The notes under the pieces were generated by a model that saw nothing but the letters and a program-made list of their open reading frames with translations, was not told the origin of the DNA and did no database searches. 31,065 bases of DNA from Candidatus Micrarchaeia archaeon (lineage in GTDB: Archaea > Micrarchaeota > Micrarchaeia > Micrarchaeales > CABMGC01): the NCBI GenBank assembly GCA_049966395.1, contig JBMFUT010000005.1, forward strand, positions 1-31,065, written 5' to 3'. This document shows, in pieces, positions 7,814-17,079 of this stretch; within the stretch, counting starts at the first letter, position 1; every line of letters starts with the position of its first letter. Both the position numbers and the translations under genes were made by a program.

Positions 7814-9319
7814 CTATGAGACAAAGTTGAAGGCACGCGTTATTATTGCGTCCTCGAAGCCTATGTTCCTTAGCACTGAAACAACGCGGTCTCTTTCCAT
7901 TCCCTCGTTGAGCAGAAGCTGCATGAACGTCCTTATGTCCACAAACCTGCTCTTCTCATCAAGTTCTGCAAATATTCTTTCTATTGAGCTGGTGCTTACG
8001 TTGCTTTCCACAAGCTTATTCTGCAGGTCTATTTTTTCGTAATAGAACTCTTTCTGCATATCTGCATTTTCGGCCTCGCTTTGCGTCAGTATGTCCCCTA
8101 TTGATATGGTATATACGTCTAATGGAACCTCTCCTACAACCCTTTCTATCAGGAAGACCTCTGGAAACTGCACAGACGTTTGGAAAGACATGTCTATTGC
8201 AGCCTGGCCGACGCCGAACTTTCCTATTTCCCTTCTCATGAAATCAGAAAAGTTCAGTGAGCCTTGCAAGTAGTTCAGGAATTTCTCGAACTTCACCCTG
8301 AGCATTATAGTAGTACCTACGTTTGAAAATATTGCTTCGTTTATGTCCGTAGGGTTTTGGGATGCGACTATAAGGCCGAACTGGTACTTTCTGCCTTCCC
8401 TTACTATCATCACGGCGTCGCTCCTCTCGTCGCTTGCGACCTTCCATGCTTCGTCCAATACGACTATTGCCTTAAGACCTTTTGATGCGCTCCACCCTTC
8501 AAGCCTCATTTTCTCCTTCAGTGATTGGAGTATGAAAAGCGCGGCAAGCGCCCTGAATGTTTCGTCCGGAAGACCTGAAAGGTCTATGTCGACAAGCCCT
8601 GATGAGACAAGCTTGCCCAAGTCCAGGGTGCTCTTCCTTGCGAAATAGTCTTCGCCTTCCCTTGCAAACTGCCTGAGCCTGTATACGGCATTCTCAAGCT
8701 CTGCGGGGTATTCGTAGCTTCCTTCCTGAAGCTTTTCCTCCAGCAGTGATATGACGTTCTTCAATGTCGGCGGCTCTTTTGAAGGGTCAGGTACCTCGGC
8801 AGAATTGAAGCCCATGTTGACGTATGCCTGCTCTATCGCTTCCTCTGTAAGCCTCTTTTGCTCAGGGTATTCGCTGATGTCTGTTAGTATTTCCAGCGAC
8901 CTAATTATCTGCTTCGTCCTGTCTATAGGCTTCATGCCAGAGAGATCCATTATGTTGAGGTAGTCGCCCTTTGCCAGAGATATGACAATGCCACCGCTTT
9001 GCTTGACCCACGCTTTGTATTCTCCTGCCCAGTCTATTATTACCGCGTTTGTGTTCCATATGTAGCTCGCTCTTGCAAGGAATGTCTTTACAAAGAAGCT
9101 CTTTCCTGCCCCTGTAATTCCCACTACTGCTATGTGAGGGTTTGTCAAGTTTGAAAAAGTCCATGTGAAAGGCACGTTGAATATCTTTGTAAGGCCTATG
9201 AAAATAGAGTTTGTAGGGTCGTTCAGTAGGTATTCCTGCGGAGGCTCCGGCGGCCTGCTGAAAAATACCCTCTTAGCAAGCTCGTTACTCATTATGTTTT
9301 GCAGCTTTACCTGGGTCAC
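7814..9319 (-). CDS. VirB4/CedB-like (FtsK-HerA superfamily) ATPase
   Basis: Walker A 'NPHIAVVGITGAGKS', 'IIDWAGEY', Walker B 'IVVLDEAW', arginine finger 'REGRKY' and sensor 'ASQNP'. No N-terminal HAS barrel. GTG start at 9319, with a possible alternative ATG nine codons later. Confidence 0.9.
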   Translation of the reverse strand: MTQVKLQNIMSNELAKRVFFSRPPEPPQEYLLNDPTNSIFIGLTKIFNVPFTWTFSNLTNPHIAVVGITGAGKSFFVKTFLARASYIWNTNAVIIDWAGEYKAWVKQSGGIVISLAKGDYLNIMDLSGMKPIDRTKQIIRSLEILTDISEYPEQKRLTEEAIEQAYVNMGFNSAEVPDPSKEPPTLKNVISLLEEKLQEGSYEYPAELENAVYRLRQFAREGEDYFARKSTLDLGKLVSSGLVDIDLSGLPDETFRALAALFILQSLKEKMRLEGWSASKGLKAIVVLDEAWKVASDERSDAVMIVREGRKYQFGLIVASQNPTDINEAIFSNVGTTIMLRVKFEKFLNYLQGSLNFSDFMRREIGKFGVGQAAIDMSFQTSVQFPEVFLIERVVGEVPLDVYTISIGDILTQSEAENADMQKEFYYEKIDLQNKLVESNVSTSSIERIFAELDEKSRFVDIRTFMQLLLNEGMERDRVVSVLRNIGFEDAIITRAFNFVS

Positions 9320-9336
9320 GATATCATCTCAAACTA

Positions 9337-10164
9337 TTATTTCTGCTTGTGGAACAGCTTCATTATGTCTGACTGGAGCGTCGGAAGGGCGAAGTTGAAC
9401 TTGAACAGGTAGTACAGCTCGCGGCCTACTATTCTCATCATGCTTATGTCCATCGAATTGAATATTGTCTGCAGCTGGTTTATTTGGTTTTCTAGGCTGT
9501 CTGCAGCGGCCTTCTCACTCACCCCCGCTGCGGTGGTTTCTATATACATTATGCTCCAAAGAGGCCTTTCGCCTGATGAAATTCTGTCTATCCTCGCCTG
9601 CAGGACGTTTATCTTTCTCTGGAAATCATCTATTGCCATCTGGCTTGGATTCGGACCGCTCATTTCCTTTGAGAGCTGCTGCTCCAGAAAGCCCCGCTGC
9701 CCTTCTAGCTCTTCCCTGTATTCCTGTATGTCTTGCGCAAAAGTTATCAGGTTGAACTTGAATGGAAAATGCGTATTCATCACTATTCTTTCCCAGTTCT
9801 CCGGAGCCTGAGAGAGCTGGCTCTCTTCGTCCTCGCCGACCCTCTCAGCAGCGAAAACATACTTGTATATGTTCGCAGTTATGAAGCCAGTTGCGTAGTA
9901 TATCCCATTGACGTTCTTCACGACGTATTTCTGATTTTTCGGTATGGAATAGCCCTTTGCAGGCATTATTGAAGTCTTGGTTATTATGGTGACAAGCGGG
10001 AAGAGCAGAAAGTCAACATACTCAAGAGATACTATCATTCCGAATGCCAAAAGAGCCAGTATTAGAACAACCAGTTTGAAAGGGCCATATGATCCTATTA
10101 CAAAAAGCAGCAGCAGGACTATCATGCCCGCAATTGCCATGTACAATATTTCTTCCTGTTCCAT
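9337..10164 (-). CDS. Two-TM-anchored protein resembling a VirB3/PrgI + VirB4 N-terminal region (paralog B)
   Basis: Two N-terminal TM helices, then an alpha/beta domain with a helical hairpin insert. Immediately upstream of the ATPase and paralogous to 10164-11000. The ORF is solid; the family call is tentative. Confidence 0.6.
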   Translation of the reverse strand: MEQEEILYMAIAGMIVLLLLFVIGSYGPFKLVVLILALLAFGMIVSLEYVDFLLFPLVTIITKTSIMPAKGYSIPKNQKYVVKNVNGIYYATGFITANIYKYVFAAERVGEDEESQLSQAPENWERIVMNTHFPFKFNLITFAQDIQEYREELEGQRGFLEQQLSKEMSGPNPSQMAIDDFQRKINVLQARIDRISSGERPLWSIMYIETTAAGVSEKAAADSLENQINQLQTIFNSMDISMMRIVGRELYYLFKFNFALPTLQSDIMKLFHKQK

Positions 10165-11000
10165 TACAATCCCTCAGCCGCCGTTTTTGCCCTTATCTGC
10201 TCACTAAGGGTAGAGTATGGTATTGCTTGTTCAGGTTCTATGAACAGCAGTATTTCTGCGCCTTCTGCTATTGAAGCAGTAACTCCGAACGTTGCGCTTA
10301 TTCCTGCTACTATTTCGTCCGCTTGCTGCAGGGCAAGGTTTGAAGCTTCCTCGTCTGTTCCCCCAAGCGCCGTAATCATCGCGAAAGAGATCAGTGAGTA
10401 AGATTGAGACCTGCTTACGTTGTCAAGCAGGTTGTGCCACATTGTCACTTCTCCCTTTGTCCTGTTTATATCGCTTTGGCTTGCGCCTGAATTAGAATTA
10501 ATGCTCTGGTATCTGTCTTCCGCTTGGCTTAGCTTGTCCCTTATCTTTTCTATGTAGCTCTCCTTGCTCACTATGTACATCTGCGACGATATCTTTATAG
10601 GGGACTTGCTCAGCGTTATTACCCTGCTGAACATCCTTGCAAAATCAACCTTCTCGTCTGTACCCATTTCTGTAGTAGATTTGTATATTGGTATTTTTAT
10701 AAATGCGCTAGCGTATACTGATCCTCCTTCCCTCACTATTATCGTGTTCCCTGATGGAGAAAGAATATAAGGCTCAGCATTATTTAGTATTGCCATGCCT
10801 TTCTTCCTGTGCATGAACGGGATGAAAAAGTACCAGTAAAACCTTGAGGAAAATGCAAGTATGTCGCACAGCATGGCGACGATTACAAGCACAAGCTTGA
10901 GCGCATAGTTTGGCAATACTACTGAGAAGAGAATTAGCACTAAGCTGGCCCCGTAAAAAGATACGAACAATATCTTCTGAAAATCAAATGCCAAAACCAT
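10164..11000 (-). CDS. Two-TM-anchored protein resembling a VirB3/PrgI + VirB4 N-terminal region (paralog A)
   Basis: Same architecture as the neighbor. ATG 11000 follows AGGTTG, and the stop overlaps the next start (TAATG). Confidence 0.6.
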   Translation of the reverse strand: MVLAFDFQKILFVSFYGASLVLILFSVVLPNYALKLVLVIVAMLCDILAFSSRFYWYFFIPFMHRKKGMAILNNAEPYILSPSGNTIIVREGGSVYASAFIKIPIYKSTTEMGTDEKVDFARMFSRVITLSKSPIKISSQMYIVSKESYIEKIRDKLSQAEDRYQSINSNSGASQSDINRTKGEVTMWHNLLDNVSRSQSYSLISFAMITALGGTDEEASNLALQQADEIVAGISATFGVTASIAEGAEILLFIEPEQAIPYSTLSEQIRAKTAAEGL

Positions 11001-11136
11001 CAACCTGCTTGCATTTGGCAGCGCATTTCATGTCTCTCTGGCCGCATTCAACGCACGGCATGACGCTGCGCAGCTTTGCAATGCTTATTGCTCTGTTAAG
11101 ATTTATATTCTTTGAGCAACAGCAAGCTAGATTCCG

Positions 11137-12301
11137 CTAGAGTAGCCCAACTTTCGCTGTCTTGTGCGCGAATCCTCCTATGAACTCTGCTATAGTGATT
11201 ACCGCCATGTAGGTTGCTGCGGTTATTAAAGCAGGATAAAAAAGCACAGAAAGCCAGAAAGCGCCCATCGATGACTGGATGTTGCCAAGCGTTTCCACTA
11301 GAGGGCTTGTTGGCGAAACTGCATTTGCCTGCGAATTCGCGCCGCCGCCATATGCGTTTATGGCTGCGGTCTCCTGGTTAAGCGAGCTAAGCACAGTGGT
11401 GTTTGTGAAGAAGTACGCAATTGAAAATAGAAGTGGCATTATCAGGTAGAACCCTATCGATATGGCGATAAGCATGCCTCCCAAAGCCCTTGTTGGCAGC
11501 AGTGCCCTGAATATTATTCCTGGTATTAGAAATACTGGTATTGAAGCGTACATGAAGAACAGGATAAGGTAGAATTCTATGTGGAGCACTAGCAGCCCCT
11601 GCACAAGCACTGCGCCTATTGCCTGAGCTGGGAGCACATACAGTATCAATATCGCCTGCGAAAACACTCCAGTTATAAGGGATGCGTACACCACTGACGA
11701 TATGTCTATTCCGAAGCTGGCGTAGAAAGATGCGGCCATGTTGGTATTGAACAGCGCGGTAAAAAGATTTTCAGCAGAGGATATCGTGTTGTTTATGTAT
11801 ACTAGAGAGGTATTGTAAGGGTCTATTGGGCCTACCACGAACCCGGGTATGAGCCCCATCATTACTGCCGCTATTAACATGAACATTATCACTATTATTG
11901 CGGTCGCAAGAGCCTCGTATATTTCTCCAATTCCGTAAGTCCTGACCTTTTCGCTGTTTAGTATCAAGCCAGACATGAATATCAGGACACCTATGAAGAA
12001 AGAAACCAGTATTGCCAGTGTCGCTATTGGAATCCATGGGTGCCATGCGTTGTAGACTGCCTGATTTATCTGGCTGCAGTACCATGGCGCTAAGTTGTTC
12101 ACAATTGGCGGNNNNNNNNNNNNNNNNNNNNNNNNNNNNNNNNNNNNNNNNNNNNNNNNNNNNNNNNNNNNNNNNNNNNNNNNNNNNNNNNNNNNNNNNN
12201 NNNNNNNNNNNTTGGCGTGCATTTAGAACGCCGAATATCAATGCAAATACAAATGTTGCCAAAATGATGCGCAACGCAAATTCAAATTTTTTCCCTGTCA
12301 T
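11137..12301 (-). CDS. CedA/VirB6-like multi-pass membrane protein, paralog 6 (spans an assembly gap)
   Basis: The signal peptide MTGKKFEFALRIILATFVF (ATG 12301, ATGA overlap) is joined across the 100-N gap to the 11137 frame. Motif 'PGIIFRALLPTRALGGMLIAISIGFYLIMP'. Confidence 0.7.
12112..12211. other. Assembly gap (100 N)
   Basis: Run of exactly 100 N. Confidence 1.
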
Positions 12302-13353
12302 ACAATCCTACTCAGCATTGAGAGAAGGTCTATCTTCTCCCCTATAGCCCTTGAAAAATCAATTATAAAAATATCTGTTATGACGAAATTTATGAAAGGT
12401 ATGAGGAACAATCCAAGCCCCACTATTCCTATGTATATCATGAACCATTCAACAGAGGCATAGGCGAGTATGGCAGACACCAAGCCTGCCACCGTTGCAG
12501 CGCCAAAGCTAAAGAATGCGGCTATTATTGATATTACTATCGATATTACGTCTGCAATTAGCGTAGGGGCAAATTGGCCGTATGCATAAGTGAGGGCGTT
12601 GTCTATGAAGCCGTAGGTTATTGCAACAAGCATTGGATAGACAAATCCCAAGCCTATGGCAAACGCTATTGCGGCTCCGCCGAATGTTCTGGTAACGCCG
12701 AACATCCTCGCTATGAGCCCTATTGCCATGAAAACTGAGAAGAAAAGCAGGGAAGTGCTTATTAGCAGAAGCTGCACCTGATTGAGCACTACGCCCATTG
12801 CCAGACCGTTGAGTATCGTACCCATCGACTTTGACATCAGCAATGGTATTATTTCCAGAGCTCCAGATATTCCGAAGCCATTCAAACCTGGTATGAAATT
12901 TATCGCGAAGTCCACATTTGGCACGAATGCGAATATTATCGCTATTGCAAACATGTAGTTGTTGGCAACGTCTATGGCATCGTTGTTGAATGTGTAGACA
13001 TCACATAACGCAATTCCATAGAGTGTGCCAGTAGAGCCGCAGTTGCCAGGTATTAAGCCTACGCTGTTGAGTGCCGGCGCTGGGTTAACGTTGCACAATA
13101 GCGTGCTGAATGCACCGAATATCGATATAAGCACGAGCGAGAGCAGTATGGCATAAATCTGGTAGCGCGTCCAGTTCTTTATATCGGTGCGACCCATGAG
13201 CGGGCTTAGCACATAGATTATGCCAAGTATTCCTATTACTGCGATTGCTACTGCTGAAACTGCAGGAAACCACGCTGTGTATGGCGATGTAAGAAAGCCT
13301 TTTACGCTGCTTACACAGCTGCTCTGCAGAAGAAATATTGTATTTATCATCAT
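12298..13353 (-). CDS. CedA/VirB6-like membrane protein, paralog 5
   Basis: Motif 'IGLIARMFGVTRTFGGAAIAFAIGLGFVYP'. ATGA overlaps at both ends. Confidence 0.72.
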   Translation of the reverse strand: MMINTIFLLQSSCVSSVKGFLTSPYTAWFPAVSAVAIAVIGILGIIYVLSPLMGRTDIKNWTRYQIYAILLSLVLISIFGAFSTLLCNVNPAPALNSVGLIPGNCGSTGTLYGIALCDVYTFNNDAIDVANNYMFAIAIIFAFVPNVDFAINFIPGLNGFGISGALEIIPLLMSKSMGTILNGLAMGVVLNQVQLLLISTSLLFFSVFMAIGLIARMFGVTRTFGGAAIAFAIGLGFVYPMLVAITYGFIDNALTYAYGQFAPTLIADVISIVISIIAAFFSFGAATVAGLVSAILAYASVEWFMIYIGIVGLGLFLIPFINFVITDIFIIDFSRAIGEKIDLLSMLSRIV

Positions 13354-14465
13354 ATCAGCTTTTGGAATATGCTCCCTCCTCTGCCCCTAAACGCTGGAGC
13401 GCCGAGAAGCTGGGCAAATGCCTCCAGCGAATCGTAGGCGATTATGAAAGCTATTGAAATGCCTATGAGTGCAAATGAGTACGACGCTACCATAGCCCCT
13501 ACAAAGCCACCTATCATAAGATTGAATATAGAAAATCCGAAGCTTGTAAATAGTGATGCCACCCCGCCAAAGAAAGATATCGCCCCCGTCAGTGCGTTGT
13601 TGACGTTTATTGAAATTAGGGAGAAAGGATACACGAGTGCAGGGAAGATTATGTAGAAAGATATGAACAGGGCGAGAAATGCGCCGCCTGCGGCGCGTGT
13701 CCAAGGGAATGCCCTGAGAATTACGCCTAGGTAGAGAAAGATTGGAAATAGGAAGTATATTATGAAAGTGAGGAATACCATCAGCAACGTGAGCACGTAT
13801 AGTGTAATGCTCACAAAGAACAAGCTAGAGAAAACTATTGATATTGGGGTCATGCCATTGAGTGGCATCATCGATATGCCAAAGTTGTTTGGCATGATGT
13901 TCAGGGAGAGGCCTGAAACTGCATTCAAAAGTTCTAGCTGTATAAGGCCCCCGATGGCGTTGCCTAGGAATGTATAGAAATAGCCGGCGAAGTTGTTGCA
14001 TATTGATGTGTAGAATTCCAGAGTGCTTGAAGGCATTACTAATGGGGATATTGTTATTGAAGATGTGCTGGCGGTGCTTAATGAAGACATCCCGAAATTC
14101 GCAATCTGCATTACGAAAACTATGCCATTGAATGCTATGGCAGTACTGCCGATAATAGTGGCTATTATGAGTATGTTGGCAGCCTGCTCTGCTATTTCCC
14201 TCTTAACGTAGTTGGTGATGGAGTCTATCCTCATTGAATAGCCTATCGCATATGCAATCCCCATGACGCTAAGCACAGCCAGTATTATCAGCAGGGCGAT
14301 GTCAAGCATTCCAGTGTAAGTAGAGCTGTCAGTAATGTATTGGGCGTTGCCATTGCCCATTTGCGAGGGGATGCTATAAAGATTGGAGCACAACTGCGCC
14401 TTGGAAACGTTTACTAGCAGCACTGCTAAGAAGAATGTGAGGAGTGCAATGCGTTTGTAATCCAT
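13350..14465 (-). CDS. CedA/VirB6-like membrane protein, paralog 4
   Basis: Signal peptide ending SKA-Q. Motif 'LGVILRAFPWTRAAGGAFLALFISFYIIFP'. Confidence 0.72.
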   Translation of the reverse strand: MDYKRIALLTFFLAVLLVNVSKAQLCSNLYSIPSQMGNGNAQYITDSSTYTGMLDIALLIILAVLSVMGIAYAIGYSMRIDSITNYVKREIAEQAANILIIATIIGSTAIAFNGIVFVMQIANFGMSSLSTASTSSITISPLVMPSSTLEFYTSICNNFAGYFYTFLGNAIGGLIQLELLNAVSGLSLNIMPNNFGISMMPLNGMTPISIVFSSLFFVSITLYVLTLLMVFLTFIIYFLFPIFLYLGVILRAFPWTRAAGGAFLALFISFYIIFPALVYPFSLISINVNNALTGAISFFGGVASLFTSFGFSIFNLMIGGFVGAMVASYSFALIGISIAFIIAYDSLEAFAQLLGAPAFRGRGGSIFQKLI

Positions 14466-14467
14466 CC

Positions 14468-15868
14468 TTACACCAGATTTCCTATTCCGAGGAGGTTAGT
14501 GTCGCCTCCGAACAGTTGTGAGAGTCCTTTTAGCGCAGCCAGAGCTATCAGAATGTTGAGCACAGGTATTATGAAACCTGTAACATCCATCACTCCATAG
14601 ACGTTTATTATGTTTGGAATCATCTTTGTAACTTCTGATGGCGTGCATGCAGTGTTCACCGAAGGTATTGAGCTTACAAATGCAAAGGATAGCACCTGGG
14701 CGAATATTTCGTACAAAGTATAAGGAGTCAAGTAAGGCCATGCAAAACCCACTTCTGCAGAAAGTATGTTTGGCTGCCAGCAGTTATAGTTGTTTGCAAC
14801 CCAGTCGACTCTTGGGAATACGTAGAAATTCAGCGTATTGGAGCCGTATACTATCTTCTGGCCGCTGAATGTAGTTTCATTTATAACAAGCACCGGAAGG
14901 TTGCTAGCTCCTATAGGTGAGGAAGCTGCAGCACCGCCGCTGAGCGCGGCATATTCTATCAGATATATTAGAGGGAATACGCCAAACGCAATTATTGCTA
15001 TTGCCATGAGCAGGCCCCCGACTTTCCTCGTTAGGAACGTCGATCTTAGTATTATGCCAGCCGCAAGCAAGTAAGGCCACGCGTAAAGTATCATTATTAT
15101 CATTACCAGCTGCAGGACAAAAGACTCGAAGGTTATGTATGCGACAGATTCCAAAGGCTTGGTGACCTGCTTTATCATGTCGTACCCAGCAAGGGGAACA
15201 TATGATATTTTTACATCGAAAGGCACAGGAACCCAAGGCAGGGTGCAAGCTGCAAGGTCTCCAGCAGGAAGACATATGGTGAAATATGGCGAGAATCTCG
15301 AAAGGAATCCAAGGTAGTTTTCTACTACATATAGGGAATTCAGGTTTTCCAGCGCTTGCGTTGTAAGGTTGGCAGTTATAACGTAGCTTGCGGCAAGCGG
15401 ATAGTCTAACTCCACAGTGTTGCTCGGATTCTGCTGGGCGTTCTCTATAAAGCTGCATATTGCATCTGTCGGGGATTGTAATGAGTTTGCGAGATTTAGC
15501 GGTGATTTTGAAAGGTAGTTCTGGCATATGCCTGAAGGTATCGAAGGCGAGAATGCTGATGTTGAAACCGCGCTAGAAGATATGATGTAGAATATTCCTA
15601 GCAGCAATACTACTATTATCCCAGTCCCTACCGCCTGGCCAAATTCGGTAATTGCGTTAGACTTGACCCCAGGATTGTTTACTATGACCCCTGCAAGATA
15701 GTAAATTCCGGCTATCACCATGCCTAATGTTATCGCAATGAAGATTGTAGATATCCAGTTTGTAAAAACGGAATAGTGGGTTATGAAGCTCGACTGCGCG
15801 CTTGCCATAGGAACGGCTGCAATTGCAAGCGCGAAAAGCGCTATAATTATATGCTTTGAATCTGCCAT
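14468..15868 (-). CDS. CedA/VirB6-like membrane protein, paralog 3
   Basis: Signal peptide ending ASA-Q. Motif 'AGIILRSTFLTRKVGGLLMAIAIIAFGVFP'. Cys pairs in the loops. Confidence 0.72.
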   Translation of the reverse strand: MADSKHIIIALFALAIAAVPMASAQSSFITHYSVFTNWISTIFIAITLGMVIAGIYYLAGVIVNNPGVKSNAITEFGQAVGTGIIVVLLLGIFYIISSSAVSTSAFSPSIPSGICQNYLSKSPLNLANSLQSPTDAICSFIENAQQNPSNTVELDYPLAASYVITANLTTQALENLNSLYVVENYLGFLSRFSPYFTICLPAGDLAACTLPWVPVPFDVKISYVPLAGYDMIKQVTKPLESVAYITFESFVLQLVMIIMILYAWPYLLAAGIILRSTFLTRKVGGLLMAIAIIAFGVFPLIYLIEYAALSGGAAASSPIGASNLPVLVINETTFSGQKIVYGSNTLNFYVFPRVDWVANNYNCWQPNILSAEVGFAWPYLTPYTLYEIFAQVLSFAFVSSIPSVNTACTPSEVTKMIPNIINVYGVMDVTGFIIPVLNILIALAALKGLSQLFGGDTNLLGIGNLV

Positions 15869-15871
15869 GCG

Positions 15872-17071
15872 CTAACCCCAGAATGAACCTCCAGCGACGA
15901 AATTCATGCCCGAATTTAAGGCCTTGGCGAGACCTATCGAAAACGCCACCGTTATTGCAACTGCTATCGCCACCAGGAATATGCCTTCAAACATATATTC
16001 GCCGACTTGGCTTGCAATTGTAACCATAGCGCCTGGGGCGTTGAAAGGATTTATGTACTCAGAAAATGCGGAGGAGAAAAACGAAACTGGCAATGTAAAA
16101 TCTAGGGGACCTGCGTCTATGTTTGTAGATCGTGATGTGAATATAGAGCTAAGCGGCAGTTTTGCTATGTTGTATGATATGTATTGAGAATATGGGTTGC
16201 AAGGGCTTACGCCGAATGTGCAGAATGTCCACCCCATTGCGTAAGAGTTGAACATTAGCATTATTGGGAATACGAAATAGAAGCCTACCGAAAGGGCGAG
16301 GAAAGAATTTGCGGCCTCCCTGAGCTTTGGACCGGCAAAAGAGAGAGACCTCATTATTAGGGCGACAGGAAGCACGACAGTAAGGGCTATCGCAGATATG
16401 AATGGCAGCATTAGATATATGAAGAAAAGCAACCCGAAGGTTACCACTACAAGCGCTGAAAGCACATCGGTAAGCATGAGTGAGTAGCTATCGTATATTG
16501 ATCCGAGATCAGGGCTCGGCCCCAGGCTTACTTCGATATTTTCCGATTCGAATATCGGGGTAAATATTCCATCTGCCGCATTAGGGTCGCCAACGACAGG
16601 ATAGGGCAAAATCGAGCCTACTAAGCCGAGCGTGTGTATTACCTCAGCGGCGATGAAAAATCCTATGGCGGCGGAGTAGATGTTGGTCATTAAGCCAACG
16701 CCCTTGTTGAAAAGCAAATTCCCTACGTAAAACTGGTCGTACTGGAATATCTGGCCATTGTACGTCTGCCCGAATTCTGAGGTTGATATCGGCCCCGCTA
16801 TAGATTGGCTCAGGCTGCAAGAGAGCTGGGCAGAGCCGACAAGTATCACTATTATGAACGTGCTTATCATGCCCTGGAAGAATTCGAACCTTACAACGCC
16901 CCTTGCCTTCTCCCTTGTCCTTGTAGGGAAGAGGTTGCTTAAGGCGTAGAAGAATGCCGCTATTGACAGGCTGGCTATTATGACAATTATATTTATGTTT
17001 ATCCAGTTGTTCTGGTTTATGCCACCATACGTGCATCCAGGCAAAGTTTGCATCAGCAGCGTCTCAAGCAT
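15872..17071 (-). CDS. CedA/VirB6-like membrane protein, paralog 2
   Basis: Divergent motif 'VALIMRSLSFAGPKLREAANSFLALSVGFYFVFP'. Confidence 0.68.
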   Translation of the reverse strand: MLETLLMQTLPGCTYGGINQNNWININIIVIIASLSIAAFFYALSNLFPTRTREKARGVVRFEFFQGMISTFIIVILVGSAQLSCSLSQSIAGPISTSEFGQTYNGQIFQYDQFYVGNLLFNKGVGLMTNIYSAAIGFFIAAEVIHTLGLVGSILPYPVVGDPNAADGIFTPIFESENIEVSLGPSPDLGSIYDSYSLMLTDVLSALVVVTFGLLFFIYLMLPFISAIALTVVLPVALIMRSLSFAGPKLREAANSFLALSVGFYFVFPIMLMFNSYAMGWTFCTFGVSPCNPYSQYISYNIAKLPLSSIFTSRSTNIDAGPLDFTLPVSFFSSAFSEYINPFNAPGAMVTIASQVGEYMFEGIFLVAIAVAITVAFSIGLAKALNSGMNFVAGGSFWG

Positions 17072-17079
17072 TTTTTCGC

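Noticed and set aside
7814..9319. DNA-repair helicase HerA
   Set aside because: There is no N-terminal HAS barrel and no nurA/mre11/rad50 nearby. The context is membrane and pilin genes.
11771..12301. Separate 176-aa ORF or frameshifted pseudogene
   Set aside because: The frame change is an artifact of the 100-N placeholder. The 5' part is the signal peptide of the 11137 gene.
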